DNA of 64,000 nt. Origin: Raillietiella orientalis. Its lineage: Eukaryota. The notes under the pieces were generated by a model, which was not told the DNA's origin, did no database searches, and saw nothing but the letters and a program-made list of their open reading frames with translations. Location of the stretch: contig JAYWIR010000007.1 in NCBI GenBank assembly GCA_036172245.1, positions 2,542,001-2,606,000 of the forward strand. The letters run 5' to 3'. The position numbers and the translations under genes were made by a program. Numbering within the stretch: position 1 is the stretch's first letter; each line of letters opens with the position of its first letter. Shown one piece after another: positions 38,131 through 51,949 of the stretch.

Positions 38131-41100
38131 TGTTTCTAAGTGGTAATTTGCTTGGATGCTTAAAAGTCTTCTATTTCCTAAAAAGGCATTAAAGGTTATC
38201 CACCACAAGCCATCAGAAGACCTCAATCTGGACCGGATTTTAAACCGGAGACCACCCTGCGCGGCACATGGGGCCCACAAGGGCAGGAACGGCTACTTTC
38301 CGAGCAATCTTCCCGCTTCCTCTAAGTCTCACGTTTCTTGGAGACCTTCGACGTGTCGTGTGACGTGAGGATTAATAAGGTCGACACAGCCGACTTAGAG
38401 GAGAATCCAATGGTGGCGGCAATGGTTAAAATGGCGACTACGAAGAGGAGGAAAAGGAGGAGGAGCATGATGATAACGATGACGATGGCGATCATGATAG
38501 TAACGTGAATATTGATGATAGTGACGAGACTTGCCTCCCACTCTCCCGCCATCATTGAACGGTTTGGCTGCGAATTTTCTCTCTCTTCATTTTGTCTTCT
38601 TCCTCATCCTCCTCGTGACGTATTCGTTTTTTTCTTTTTCTTTTTTCTTGCAGGGGGACGACTTCCCCTGAGTCACCGCGCACAAAAAAAAAGGGAGCGA
38701 AACCGCCTCGCAAGCGGTGGATGAGAGTGCGGTCAGGAGAGAAGAGAAAGGTGCCGAAAGGCTTCGGGGGGACCCTTCCTTTGTGCTGGAATTCCGGATG
38801 CCGCAAGTGCGGGGTGCCTTCACAGGAAAACGAGGCGATCCAGGGGACCGCCGCTGCCGCCATGGACGACGAACAATGGCCGCGGCGCGAATTCGGCGGC
38901 GCCTCTCGGAGGGCTTCCGGTTTTTGCCGTATCGCGTGACAAATTAGCCTCGGGAAGATCCATCGATATTTCGGCATCGAAGATGAAAATAATTGATGGA
39001 AGTCCATGTCGCCGCTGGCAATTAGAGGCGAGAGGCGAAGGAAGGCAGGTCCAGAATCCACTCCGAGGAGGGTTGCGGGAGTTGGTCCCGCGGGTGGCGA
39101 TCAGCAGGAATGCATGGAACGGGATTTAAAATGCACCGTCCGCATGAATATTGAATCACCGCGATCTGACCGCGGATGGCAAACTGCGGTGACACGTGAT
39201 CGATGCGTGAGTCATGATCCTCCGAGTAGCCGGTCACCTGCCGTTAGGAAGCCGGGTGACTCCAGGCTGGCTGGACGCTATGTGCGTCGTCGCTCGAGGA
39301 GCTGAAGTGCACCCGGGAATGTACGATGCACGCGTGTCTCTCTCTCTTTATTTTGAATGTCCCTCCCTCATCCTCCTCGTGTCGTATCCGTCTTTTTTTT
39401 TCTTTCGTGGGGACGAGCTGCGAGTCCATGTCACCCTTGGATGCATCTTCGTGTTTTGCGTGTTATTTTCCCATTTAAAGCAAAGTCCCGATGTTCCCGG
39501 ATTACGAGCGACTCTCATCTCCCACGGCATTTGGTCACCAAAAGTGGACTTCGACCTTCGCTCAACAGTCACGACCATGTGCTACATCCACGGTATCCGG
39601 GCAGCTCATCTTGCTATGGAGCTATGCCCGCAGGAACGAGAGACCGTCTTTCTCCTAGCCGTTTGCATGTTAGGGACGGCCTTATGTGAATCCCCAAACG
39701 AGGAAGGCCATCTGCCTCACCTGCACAGAGTGTGTCCCAGGAGCACTGGAGTTCCCCGTGACCTTTCTTTACTTATCCATGATTCCTCAGTTTACCACGC
39801 TTTCACTCCAGACTTCTTCCTCCGCAGCTCGTGCTTTCTTCATATCATTCATATCCCACCTTCAACTTCATTTCTATCATGTATTCTTGTCTTGTGATGA
39901 TGCCCCCGAGAAAGCAAACACACGGACATCATCATCTCAACAAACTATGGTGCACCCTGCACCGATTTCCATGCTAAGTTCTTGACCTTTCTCGCAGCAC
40001 TCTACCCCATTTCTGACTACGTCCCCAGTGAATTTCAATCCCTTCCCTTTTCTTCATGAAATGGATGACCTTTTCCTCCATTGAGTACTCTATGTGCTTA
40101 TTCCAAATCAATGCCCCGGAAGGACCGTGATGAGAAGGTGGCCACCCCTCCATCCATCGATTCTTCAGAAGAAATTCCACGACTTATAGCTGGTAGGTCG
40201 GGCAGCCACCTGGCTATTGAGGGAGATTTCTTCGTTCCGGGGCCGATGCCTCCTCTCTATGCTCCGAGGCCGAAGGAGCAGAACGTGTCCCTTCTCAAAT
40301 GGGTCACGGAAATGGGAACAACGGCTGACGAGGACACCTTCCTGGGCCGCTGATTTCGTTTCCACATGTAGTCTAAGGGCTACTCCCTCCCGTTGTTTAA
40401 CCTCAAAAGAAAGGATATCTCGTTGACTCGAACGGGGGAACCAGTGGTCCGTTGCAACCACACTTGCTCAAGAGGTGTTGAAACAGGTGCTACTGGACTG
40501 GTTGGTTGTTTTCTGCGCCTTTGCTGGAGGAAACGAACACAGGACCCGCAGTAATCCTTCCGAAAACCCTTGGAATTTCGGAAGTGGAGCTCCTCCAGAG
40601 AGTTCTCAGACGAAAGTTTTCGCCAAAATCTTCGTCCTCTTGGATGCTTCTTCGGGATAGGAGATTGACACGTTCGACACTCGAGGAACTCCCGAAGAAT
40701 AAATATCCGAAAAGAAAGCATCGAGATTTTCTACGTGGTGTCGAGATGATCAGCACGGTATTCGTTCACTTTGTAACATCGAGATGAATGAAGACAATTC
40801 ACCAATCACAGTCACCAGCCACGAGAGATTTTTGACGCTTTCCTGGCTGCTGGTTCAAGGAGGGGCAGCGCTCTCGAGCCTTGGTTCCAGCAGAGGTCCC
40901 TTCGTGCCTCTTCAATAAAGTTGCCTCCTTGGTGCGTTCTCGTCCCTCTTGGTTCACGATCTCGAGTGTTCTGCAATTTCGCCAAGTATCAACAGGAAAA
41001 CTTCGCTCTTAGCCGTCAGTCGTCATGGCTACGACTTGCTCAAAGCCAATGCAACACACAGTAGACCCCGTTTTGGACGTTCCGCTCGCTCTTCCCATTC

Positions 41101-42494
41101 CCTTTAGCTCTTTTCTCGTTTTTTTCCTCAACGTTACCATCGCCAACGTGAGCAACATATATCTTCTCGAGTTATTGTGGAGCTATACAATCTGTATTTG
41201 TGGATTATTGCTACAGGGCCCGTCATATATAGCTGATCTTCACATGTCGCTTCATACTTGCTACCTGATTCTTTGGATCTACACATGGTGACTTCAAATG
41301 GAAAGACTCTAAGGAGAAGACTAGGGAAGCTAGGGGATGTAGAAAAATTGAAACAGTGTTCAGGAGATCCTACCTTTCAATAGATTTCCCTGCTCGCTGC
41401 GGCGAAGTTATTTCTAACTCTTCTTTCAGCTAAAGGAAACGGATGCTCCACAGGCAAAGGAGGTTGTAGGCAGCGGTGCCTACGAAATTCAACCCCGAGC
41501 GGTAACGTACTCGAAGCACCGACGCCAACTAACCTCCAGTATCTTTACTTTCTTTTTTTACCTGAGACTTGCACAAGCTCTTGCTTGCATACGGTAGTAC
41601 AACAGGGCAAACCCACAGCGAGTCTAACTCCGAGCTCAGGTGGTGTTTATTACCGCGCAACGCAGGCCAACTAGACAGAGCCATCGGCAGGATGATCTAG
41701 AGAAAAAGGTCAATCACATGTCCCGCAAGAAGACCTGCTGTCGCTCACGAGAACCATTCTTTCAGAAAGAATGGAAGTGAGAATGGAAAGCGGCATCACG
41801 AAGTCTTCCTGATCTGCTTCCGATTTCTTGGTCACGAGGGATTCGTCTGCTGCCTCCGCTAGTCGGAGCCGCAGCACCTGGGGCAGGGATGGCAAGCGGC
41901 TTGCACGGGCGAAGGGAGTGCGTGCACCGGAAGGACGCCACCGGAAGTTGACCCCGCCGCGGGCGAACTTCCCGGCAGGAAGACGGCTTCCCGCCAAAGC
42001 ACCGATGGATGTTGCCGGTGCAGGTCGCGACTGATGTGAGGAACCGCTTCAGCCTCTTTCCTGCTCACTCCTCGGCGGCGAAGTGACGTCACAGGAGATC
42101 TTCTTCTGTTGCTTTACCACGGAGGTCTCCCGAGCTACGCCCAACGGGGGGATGCGGGACGAGGCCTGAAGAGCACGCAGAGAGAGGAGGACCCGATGCC
42201 ACGCTCTCCGAACCTTGACCCACGACTGGAGAGCGGTTCGGCGGGCTCTCGGGAGAAGCCGAAGCCCGCCCGCGATCCCTTCCCGTGCGATCTCTTCCCC
42301 GACGCCAAGGAGGTCCCGACAAACACCCGATGGGGCGGGCGGCTTCTTCGTCGCGACTGCCGTGATAAGAAGAGGGGAGTCTCCCCCGCAGGAGGGACGC
42401 GCCAGAGTGGAAAACTTGTGAGGGATGCTCACGAAGGAGATGGGCACCCGTCCGCAGCTGCAGGAGGATGTCCAGTCTATATTGTCACCCGGGT

Positions 42495-44300
42495 GGGCCG
42501 AGATATTTATTTCATATAAAAACAAACATTTACATAAAAAATAAACATTTACGATCCCTTTGATGGAACCAACCAGGTCCTTTTCAGATCACACCTGCCT
42601 CGTTACCGATTAGCAGACAGGTGAGGTTCACCACGGAAGCAGGGGGGAGAGAGCAAACAAAAAGAAAACAAAAACAAAAATAAATAAATTTGAGGGGGTG
42701 CGGGAAAGGATCATGTTCTGCTGGGGGAGGTCCTCTGCATCCTTTGGAGGATGCCAGAAAGCCCTTGCTGTATACTGTCTTCCAGGTGGGGGAGTCTTGT
42801 TGCCATCCTCATGAAGCGGATGACAAAATGGATGGCATCCCTGCCTCTCCGTCCTCCTTTTCCTTCGCTCCAGGCAGCTACAATCCCTCATAGGCAGCAG
42901 AGAGCTGCTAGCAAAGCTGCCACCTGAAGTGCGTTGCGTAGGAGGAGGGGTTGTGGAGCGTCCCTGGAAATGCCATCCGGGGTTCCTAGGGTTGCAGCAA
43001 AGCGTTCCGAGAGGGTCCGGAGGACAACACAATCCACAAGCAGGGATTCAAGCTCCTGCACCTGGAACAGTTCGAGTCCACACACTCCCATGTCCAGTGA
43101 TGCCTGAGGGCGCTGCACAGGAGGACCCAGTACAGCAACATTGATGCAGACTCCTGCCACTTTAATATGAGGATATGTCTGTTCAAAAGCACTGGCGTCC
43201 ATTGGAGATCTTCCATCTTTCGCAGTGCGGATCTCAAGGAGAGACTATGAAGACTCTCAAGGAGACACCGTGTTGGTTCGTGTTGCCCAAATCATTCATA
43301 TTGATAAATCTAATCCCCTTTCCCCCATTTTCACCTTTTGTCGTCTTCATCTGGGGAAAATGGTGTTCATTTCCTATGTGATAGAGGGAACAAAACCTCA
43401 TCAGAAGCCTCAGAATGAAAATCGCCCTGAAGAGCAGGGAACTCTGGAACAAGGAACTGTCCATGGTGATCCAGCTTTTCGGACTACAGAAAGATGGTTC
43501 TGGGAGACCACATTTGACCATCGGCGACTGCGAACAATTCTCCTCCAGTGTGAATTTTCACGAACTACAAGTGTTCCATTGCAAGTTCCGGATGTAAGAT
43601 GTAACCTACAAACTCCGCGAACCCTGGAAAGATCCGAGCTTACAGTGGGCAATGGTGAGTCCTTGAGCTCTGAATGTGTACTGAAGACAACTTCGCTAGA
43701 GACGATTAACGTAGGCAGGATTTGAACCCAATAGCCATTAGGAGTGTCCTGTGGAGATACGGTTTGCCTCCAGAGATCCAATACAGCCTTGATCCTAATG
43801 TTCCATCACAAAGGAATCCTCATGGTGAGGCTCGTGACTTCCACATTGGACGGTAACCCAGAAGGTCGATGCTGCCCGGCATGCGAGCGCACTGAAGATA
43901 ACTTACATCTTTATACCTGCCGAACCTTTTCCTGGAATTAGGAACTGGTGAAGCAGGTGACTCAGAATCAAACCCTGAACAAGATGGGAATCCTTCGGGT
44001 ATCTCTCAAGGATCAAGGAAACACCCCTCTGCGCAACCTCATAGTGAGAGCATGAGGGGATGGACAGTGAGAGATAAAGGAGATGGATGCTCTCATTCAT
44101 CTCTCTTTTCCAGAGTATCCTTATCAGGAGGACAAAGTTCCGGAGGGTAGTACAAATAACAGCGCGGGACGTTTTGATGGGACTTCTGAAGGAAGAAATT
44201 GGCATCCGAGGGTGCGGCAGAGTTCCAGCCTGGATTCTCCGCTGCGTCCGGCAGAAGATACAAAAAACCAACAGGCATTTAGTGAAAGACTCGAGATTGT
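42495..44300 (-). mobile_element. Decayed retroelement (possibly Tx1/L1-like ORF2 3' half plus 3' UTR)
   Basis: 42625-42845 is homologous to 58550-58780. Minus frames contain 'WECVDSNCSRCRSLNPCL' (zinc-knuckle-like). An AATAAA lies on the minus strand at ~42510. Many stops; class assignment is weak. Confidence 0.4.
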
Positions 44301-46801
44301 GACTCTTCCTATCGCTTTCCTATGAATCCATGCTAAACAGGAACAGTGTTTTTTCATGCACTATGACCAAAGGAATTCACCAGACTATCATTCCTGTTAT
44401 GGTTGCACGTATTACTTGCTTTTATTTCTGGTAGTAAATTTACCCCACCTCTGGTCCGACGGAAGAAAACGTGTTGTTCGGGCGTGGGAGACCTCGTGCT
44501 CCAGGGTTAGCTATCTTTGGACTTTAAAAACGAAATTTTTTCAAGTATGTAATTTTTCAAGTGTGAGTTTTTATTGATGGCATCCCTAACAACAACACTT
44601 TCATAGACAGAAAGTCGCTGACACATTCAGGTCAAAATGTTACAAAGAATGAAAATAAAACTTTAAAACCAGATCCCATTAAACTTAAAAACAACATTTG
44701 ATATGAATAAGGATTCAAAGTTGTCTGAGAAGCACCCGATTAAAAATCTAAATATTTTTCTCAATCACTTCAATATAGTAATATTCGTGTGGCAATACTC
44801 ATTTTTCTTAAAAATTGGCTATTTCATCATGAATTTTTCATATGTTTCGAACTTATGCTTGGTAACCATTGAATTACATTCTAAAACTAAGCATAAATAG
44901 GAAACTAGGAGTCACGAGTACACATATGTTGACGGCAAAATTTCAAAGGGAAGGAGCATGAACCCATTCATTGCTTAACATAAATGAATGGTATTCAATA
45001 AGAATGATTCATTTGCTTGCTCACTTGATTTACTAAAATGCAGATGGTTCAAAATCGTCCAATGTTTTTCATAGGAAAACGTTTTATGTAAAAATATACA
45101 CACAATTCGCACATAATGTCTCTTAATTTAAACAGATTCTCAAGAAACAAGAAAGATAAACAAAACCAGTACCAAGCAAAATAGTTAAGTCTGGGGTTGA
45201 GTTCTCAACCATTAAGATCATGACGACATCTGAAGTAGAAAACGCCCTTATATTGTAATACATTGATTGAAAGAAATCATTTCTTCGCTTACAAAAAAGA
45301 AACCAAACTTTTTAAAGATGAGGTAATGGGTGCCTCATCTGACACGAAACCTTTCTTGGATTCGAATTATTGATGCCAGACTTCCATTTTAAAGAGCTTG
45401 GAATATATGAAAGAGTCGAAATAGTGGGCGAAAATAAAAGTTAAAGCTTTTAAAATCATGCTGAAGATTTCATTATTAGCCCTGCTTAAGAATTTAATGA
45501 AATATTTGTTTAGCAGGTCGAAAACTATTTGCATTTTAAAATGAGAGAACCATCATTTGATGCTCTGAAGCAAGGAGCCATTATTGTTGGCTGTCAATAT
45601 TCTGATTGCAATATAAAACAAAAAATTAATCGCAAAATGAAGTGCACAAAATTAGGAAAGGAAATTTTCACATAAATGTAATAGAAAACCTTCGGTAGTT
45701 TCTGTTAGATACAAGTATATGTCCTATGAAAAAAAAAAAAAAGTATTCGACATGGATTTATGCATGGCTTGAAGATAACTGCAAAACGTTGGACTAATTC
45801 ATCATATCACAGATAGTTCTTCAGTTGCATGAGCCTTATACTAAAATATTAGGTTGTTTTAAACATAGTTAGTGATTTTCAAGAATATTGAGCTTCGAGA
45901 ATGGTTCTGAATTAGGTATCTGCTTCATAAGAGATCGGATGTAAAGAAAGTCAGCTGCAAAATATCACGAAAGGGCAACCAGTTTTGCACCCTTGCTTAA
46001 TCTTTTATGCATTCGGAAGAATTTTTTGGCTCTTGTTTTATCCTCTACTTCTCTTTAATAAGCTTGAGAGTTTTTCCCTTTTATTTGGAGTCTGTTTTAA
46101 AAATTTATTCCTTGACTACACAGTGTGGTGGAAGCTATCATTTCTGTCACACTGAAGTAGACTGAAGTTTAATCAAATTAAGTTAATTAAGTAATGTATA
46201 ACCAGTAACCTTGTTACAAATTTCTGATGAATATATAAAGAAGAATGCATTTTCTTTCTAAAGTGCTTTTTGTCTTTATACTCCCTCATTATTAAGAGTG
46301 GCCATTTTTTGTTTTTCTCGAAATGAAAACCCTGCTTATATACGTATCATGGTATCTATTTAGTAAGACTTCCAGTCACGTATTAGAGTAGGTTTTGTCA
46401 GCCGTTGTGGAACTTAAAGTAGATCATAAGGTTCGAGTTCGACGAAATAGTTGTTCAACATATAAAATGTATTGCGAATGCTTTGGCTGTGCACAAAATA
46501 AACCATTTTAGGGATAGAAGTAAAAGAATCAGCGAGAATCAAGGTTTCGTTAAAAGTATGGAAGACTATCTTGGTAACTTGGTGCCAAACAAACAAACAA
46601 CGATTTTGAAAATGAGACAGAAAATGGTTTCCAAGTATGCAACAGCCTTTAGTTTGAGGTTAGATGCCATCTTTACAAGAAAGCTCATTTCTGAAGAAGC
46701 CTTTGTGATGTTCCAGAAATAACTGTTCTGTATCAGTTTTTGCATATTTTGAAATTTACGGTTATGTACATCGATTTAAATAGTTGTCCTTGATCCTAAT
46801 T

Positions 46802-47883
46802 ATGGATCCTGTAACAGTGCATACCTTCGATACAGTTCTGGAAGCTGATGCTGTGGAGTGGTGCCCAAGCCATTCTAATTTATTAGCGTGTGGAACGTAT
46901 CATTTGGAAAATGCAACTGTTCAAAGTAAAGTTGGTATTTTATGGTTGCTAAACATATCCGAAGAGATAAAGGTGCTTGTTTCTGAAAAGATGAGTGCTA
47001 TACTTGATCTGAAATGGCTTCCAGAGTCAGCTAATGAAAATGTAACTTTGAGTGTGGCAACATCATCAGGAACAGTGAAACTGTTTTTGATATCTGTGTC
47101 TCCTGATCAAAGGGACTGTTCTGTTTTGCAAACATCGCTTTGTTCTATATGTCCTGGCTATTCCATCCTCTCTCTGAGTTGGTTTTACAATTCCACCTGT
47201 GTTGCTAGTGATTCCAAGGGAAGAGTCTGGTTGCTTCAACTACTGCCTGATTTGACACTGAAAGTTCTTCGTTGTTGGTCAGCACATCAGTATGAATGCT
47301 GGTGTGTAGAAAGAGATGTCTGTTTCCAATCTCTCTTTTATTCAGGTAAGCACATGTCTGCAACACAACATCAAGCTGCTATTCTCAGCTGGTGATGATT
47401 GCAGGATCTTAGCATTTGATGTTAATGAAAACAGTACCACTGCTGTTTCTAGATGTGAGCACCATAGCCAAGGTGCTACCTCTTTAAGTAGTGCAAAGGG
47501 GTTATTGGCCACAGGCAGGTGGGTTGTTTTTTCAAGTAAGTGTGTGAAACTGCAATGTTGATTGCAGTTATGATGAACATTTGCATCTTTTGGATCCCAG
47601 GAATATGCAAATTGTTCTATCCAATGTGTCTCTTGGAGGAGGTATTTGGAGGTTAAAATGGAATTCTGCGTCTTTATTGCTTTTAGCAGCCACTATGCAT
47701 GCAGGCTTCCAGGTGATAAATGCATCACAGTCAGATAATCTGCAAGTTGCTGTGATGTACAAAAAACACTGTAGTTTCGCATATGGTGCTGATTGGTACC
47801 AGCAAGAACAAGATTTTCATATTGCTACATGTTCATTTTATGATCACTGTTTACATGTATGGGAATGGAAGTTTGATGAGTGA
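46802..47883 (+). CDS. DPH7: Diphthine methyltransferase/methylesterase, WD40 protein (DPH7/WDR85), 3 exons
   Basis: Exons 46802-47345, 47389-47518 and 47568-47883, with GT-AG introns of 43 and 49 nt. Motifs: DTVLEADAVEWCP, LLACGTYHL, AILDLKW, AHQYECW, YSAGDD, LATGSYDEH, LGGGIWRLKW, MHAGF, H..FAYGADW, ATCSFYDHCLHVW. Confidence 0.93.
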
Positions 47884-50139
47884 TTGAATCCTTACCTGAG
47901 TTTTTTGAGGTGATTACTAACAATGATCACTAAGAGTTTGTGCTGAAATTGCACAAATTTGTTTTATGTACTTGTTAATATATTAGTTTTTATATTATCT
48001 AGTTGTGTTGGGCTTAAGTTTGTGCACTTCTTTATTATGAAAAATTGTTTTTTAAAAAAGTTAATTTGTGAACTACAAAGTCTTGATTAGTAAACATTAA
48101 AACATGTTTTCTGATTCATGAGATGTGTCTGCATGAAGTGATTTGATTCCAAGTGAATGCAGTGTTCTCAAACTTTTCCTCTTGAGTGCTGTTATAAGAT
48201 ACTTCAGAAACATCGTGCATTCTGCTTGATGTCTAAAATAATGTTCCGAAATATTACGTAAAGTTTATAGAGAGCTTGCATTCTTAATAACTGAAATAAT
48301 CATTTCTGAGGTTGAGTGCAAGCTGATCATAGCCTGTAGAATATTGGCATTTGGAAAGTTAAAGTACAGTCTTTTTGTTTATTTTGTTATTTTTCCAAAT
48401 ATTACTCCGATTACTTTGCTAACAAAATCGTTTTGGTTGATCCTTTTTTTTTTTTTTCCTGGTTACTGCATATGTTTAAACATATCAAGTGTTGCAAGCT
48501 GTAGCACTGTGGTAAAAATTTATTAAAAAAGAAAAAAATCAGTGATTTACAACCAGTTTTGATGGCAATCTGGGGCCCTCATCGCGTATAGTGAAACACA
48601 AAGCATTATGTTGCATTTTCCAAAAAAAAATTGCATCGCAGCGAAGGCATAAAAAGATTATAACAGTTGAATTGGAGGATTGCAGACGAGATGTAAATGA
48701 CGAGAAATTATTTCGGTTCACAACTTGAAGGGTAACTTGAAAAATTACAATTGTCTGAGAGTTTCCTTGAGGTCTCCTATTTATATGGATCCTATGGAAG
48801 AAGCTCAAGCAATTTTACTCACATACCCCTGTGTGTAGGTACTCCAGGTGTGTGTTCGTTAAATGTGCTGATTTCTTAAATTTTTGGGAAAAGCTGCATG
48901 AATTTAATCCTTGGCATGGAGAGAGGATGAGACGCGGAGTAAACTGGAGAGAAGCAATTAATGAGTATAACTTCGAATACATGTAAAATATAAGGACATT
49001 CAGTTTTTGTTTTTTCAAGTTTTTGTGGTGTATCAGACCAAACTATTTCATAGATTTTCCGGATCTTGATTGATTGAATCGAAGATGGCCATTCATTTAA
49101 AACGTAGATATTGCAAATGCACGAGTGAGCACTGAAATCTCATGCAGAATTTTAAAATCCGAGAACCGTTTTCAATTTCCTCATAGCTTGAAGGGGGGAG
49201 CATTTTTTTTTTCTTCTTTGATGCTGAATTATTTGAGCAGTCTTAGTCATGCGTAATAGGAGGAAGTTGGAATCGGTTTGCAAACAAATAGTACGGAAAG
49301 CCGAGTCATTTAATAAAAGGAAATATAAATTGCTATTATGATTTGGATTTCACACAACTGAATGTTCAACGACAACGAAAAAAGGTGTTCCAAAACTTCC
49401 GCACGAATCGCAGGTTCTCCTTAGTAACATCCCTCATTACTAACCCATTCCGTGAAAGTTTGAGAGCAGTAGCACAGATTAAGTTAAAGTGAGACATGTA
49501 GAGCAAGGCTAAGGAAGTTACATTCGAGCTAGGTGGAATTTCATAAAGTTTCCCGGAGACACAGCTTCATTCAGATCATCAAATGAAACGGAGAAGTGGA
49601 GGAACAGCAGTAAGGCATCGTTGGTGCTGCTTTAATAGAGGAATTTGTAGGCGTCGAAGGAAGAGGACTTGGACTGAAAATGTCCTAAAGTGAAGGGAAT
49701 GTGCAGACTGTCTTACAGCTGCCAGGTGCTTTGATGAATGTGTTCGATTCCTTTCATTGGGCATATCAAACAACCTGAGCGTTTAATGAGGTTCCTGAAG
49801 ATTGGAATCCTTCTGGAAACCAAAAGCAGTGGGGCAGTGGCAATTCCATGGAAAACAGGAAGTGGTAGAAAAAAAAAAAGAAAAAAAGTTGGTGATCTAA
49901 TTTCGAAGGCAGTAAAACGAAATAGATCACGTGAACGAGGTGTCAGAAAAATGGATTCCATGAGAACTTATTCTAAGAAAAAAGCATTTCAGCAACATGA
50001 CGGGGAATTCTTATTTCAAAAAATCCACATGGAAGACCCCACGTCAACAAAAATGTGCAACACGGAAGTCAAAGCAGGTGTGCCGCCCCTCTGAATCGCG
50101 CGCGAAGTGCACGGCAGCAGCACACGATTTCCATGTTAA

Positions 50140-50170
50140 GCGCGCGCGCGTGTGTGTGTGTGTGTGTGTG
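50140..50170. repeat. (CG)n(TG)n alternating purine-pyrimidine microsatellite
   Basis: gcgcgcgcgcgtgtgtgtgtgtgtgtgtgtg, seen directly. Confidence 0.95.
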
Positions 50171-50891
50171 CCATTAGCATTAGGCTGGAGAAGACGGCGA
50201 AGTCTGTGCAGCACTCTTGCAATCCCCGTGGTCGTGAAAATCAAAAGAGCCAATTTTGCACTGCTGGAACCGTGCACGGCGGAAGCACGCAGGGTCTCGA
50301 TGTGTGTCAAACCCTTGAGGTGCGAGAATGCTCCAGCTTAACCTTTGCTGTGGCTCAGATGGATGATGATGATTACTCTTTGCATGCAATGACTTGGCTG
50401 CCACCGCTTGGTTTGTTCTCATCCCGGTTCCTGAAAACAGCAAAGTCACGATCCTGAACAGCGTGGCGAGTGAGCTGGCAACCGCCCCCCATTCATGTGT
50501 TTATTGCAATTATCAAATCGTTGTGCGGAAAGTATGCTGTATTCTGGGCTTACGGAAGAACTGTGGGTCGGAGGAATCTCTGGTCCATAATGTTGGGCAT
50601 TTATTTTGGATGTAAGCAGTTTCCTAGTCCAGGCAAATGTTTTACGGAAGGCAGTGTTACTCTTTCAGCGCCCAACGGTGGCGCGATCATATTTCCCTGT
50701 CAAGATTTCTAATAAAGATTATTGCCATGAGGTTTCGCCAGTTTCATCGGAAAATTATCCTTAAAGGATAAAAGTCGGTTGATACGATCACTGTTGCTTC
50801 ATTCTAAGGCATGTGCTCTTAATACAAGATCTAAGGAGAATTGTATAACGCCATGAATACATTGGTAGGTAAAGGAAACATTTGCAAACTC

Positions 50892-50892
<1 letters not shown>

Positions 50893-50921
<29 letters not shown>
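50893..50921. repeat. (AG)n microsatellite
   Basis: Seen directly. Confidence 0.95.
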
Positions 50922-50928
<7 letters not shown>

Positions 50929-51949
50929 ACTATTGACAAAGTTGTCAATTCTGTAGTTTGTTTTCAAAACGATTACTCGTTTGGAATGGTGGATGAATGG
51001 AGACGGAGCATAAGGGCGGTTATCAGCATTATCGCAAGTGGTCATACGATTTTCAATGGACGCAATTGCCCTCACACAAATGTTCAGAAATAAAACCGCC
51101 ATGATAATGATGGCGACTCCAAAATCACAAAAAGCGCATCGTTTGATTTTTTTATAATGACTAAAGATCCCGGCGCATCATCCCTCATCATCTTTAAATG
51201 CGGCACGTCAGTAGCAGCGAGAAAATCCTTCCTCCTGAATATTTGTCTTCCAGCGTGTGCACTGATTTATTGCTCGCTCTCATCTGTTTCATCTCCGTGA
51301 ACCACTTGTTTACCATCTCCTATTCCACTGTATACTGGTCCGTGAATAATTCAATTGCAAAGTTCTCTGTCTTTACGTTCGTCCATCTTGATTCCATGCC
51401 CATTCCGTGTCTTCATTGCCCTTTGTTTCCTACACCTCAGTGTCCATTTATGTCGATGGCATCCCCATCAGATTCAAGCAAGAAAATGCGTGTCCGCAGA
51501 GAGGATCGTGTCGTGTTCAATCCGTCCACGTGGCTTCCTTTTCTACACATCCCGGTGCGGTGCTGTTTACCTTCCACGTGCACATCGGATGCTCCGAGGA
51601 AGTTTCTCACGAAGGTGATCCCAGGAAATTTCGAGTTTGAAATTTCCATCTTAAATCAAAAATCAAGGTTTGTTTTCAGCAATAAAAACAGTAAATAATG
51701 GATTCAGGTTTTGCCTGTTTCGTGCTGTTGTTCAATGCGGAAGTCACTCGTGTTACGAGTAGAAAAGTTATAGAATGGTGTTAGACGTGTCTTGGGGGTT
51801 TTAACGATCGGAACGTCAGGAATGTGGCGAAAATCGGGAAGAAGTGGCAATTGAAAGTCACGTGTCTTATGTGGAATTTGCGAGGAAGACGGATGGCGAA
51901 AAGAGAAGAACAGCAAAGAGAGGAAAGTACCTTAAAACGGGAGGCTGTC

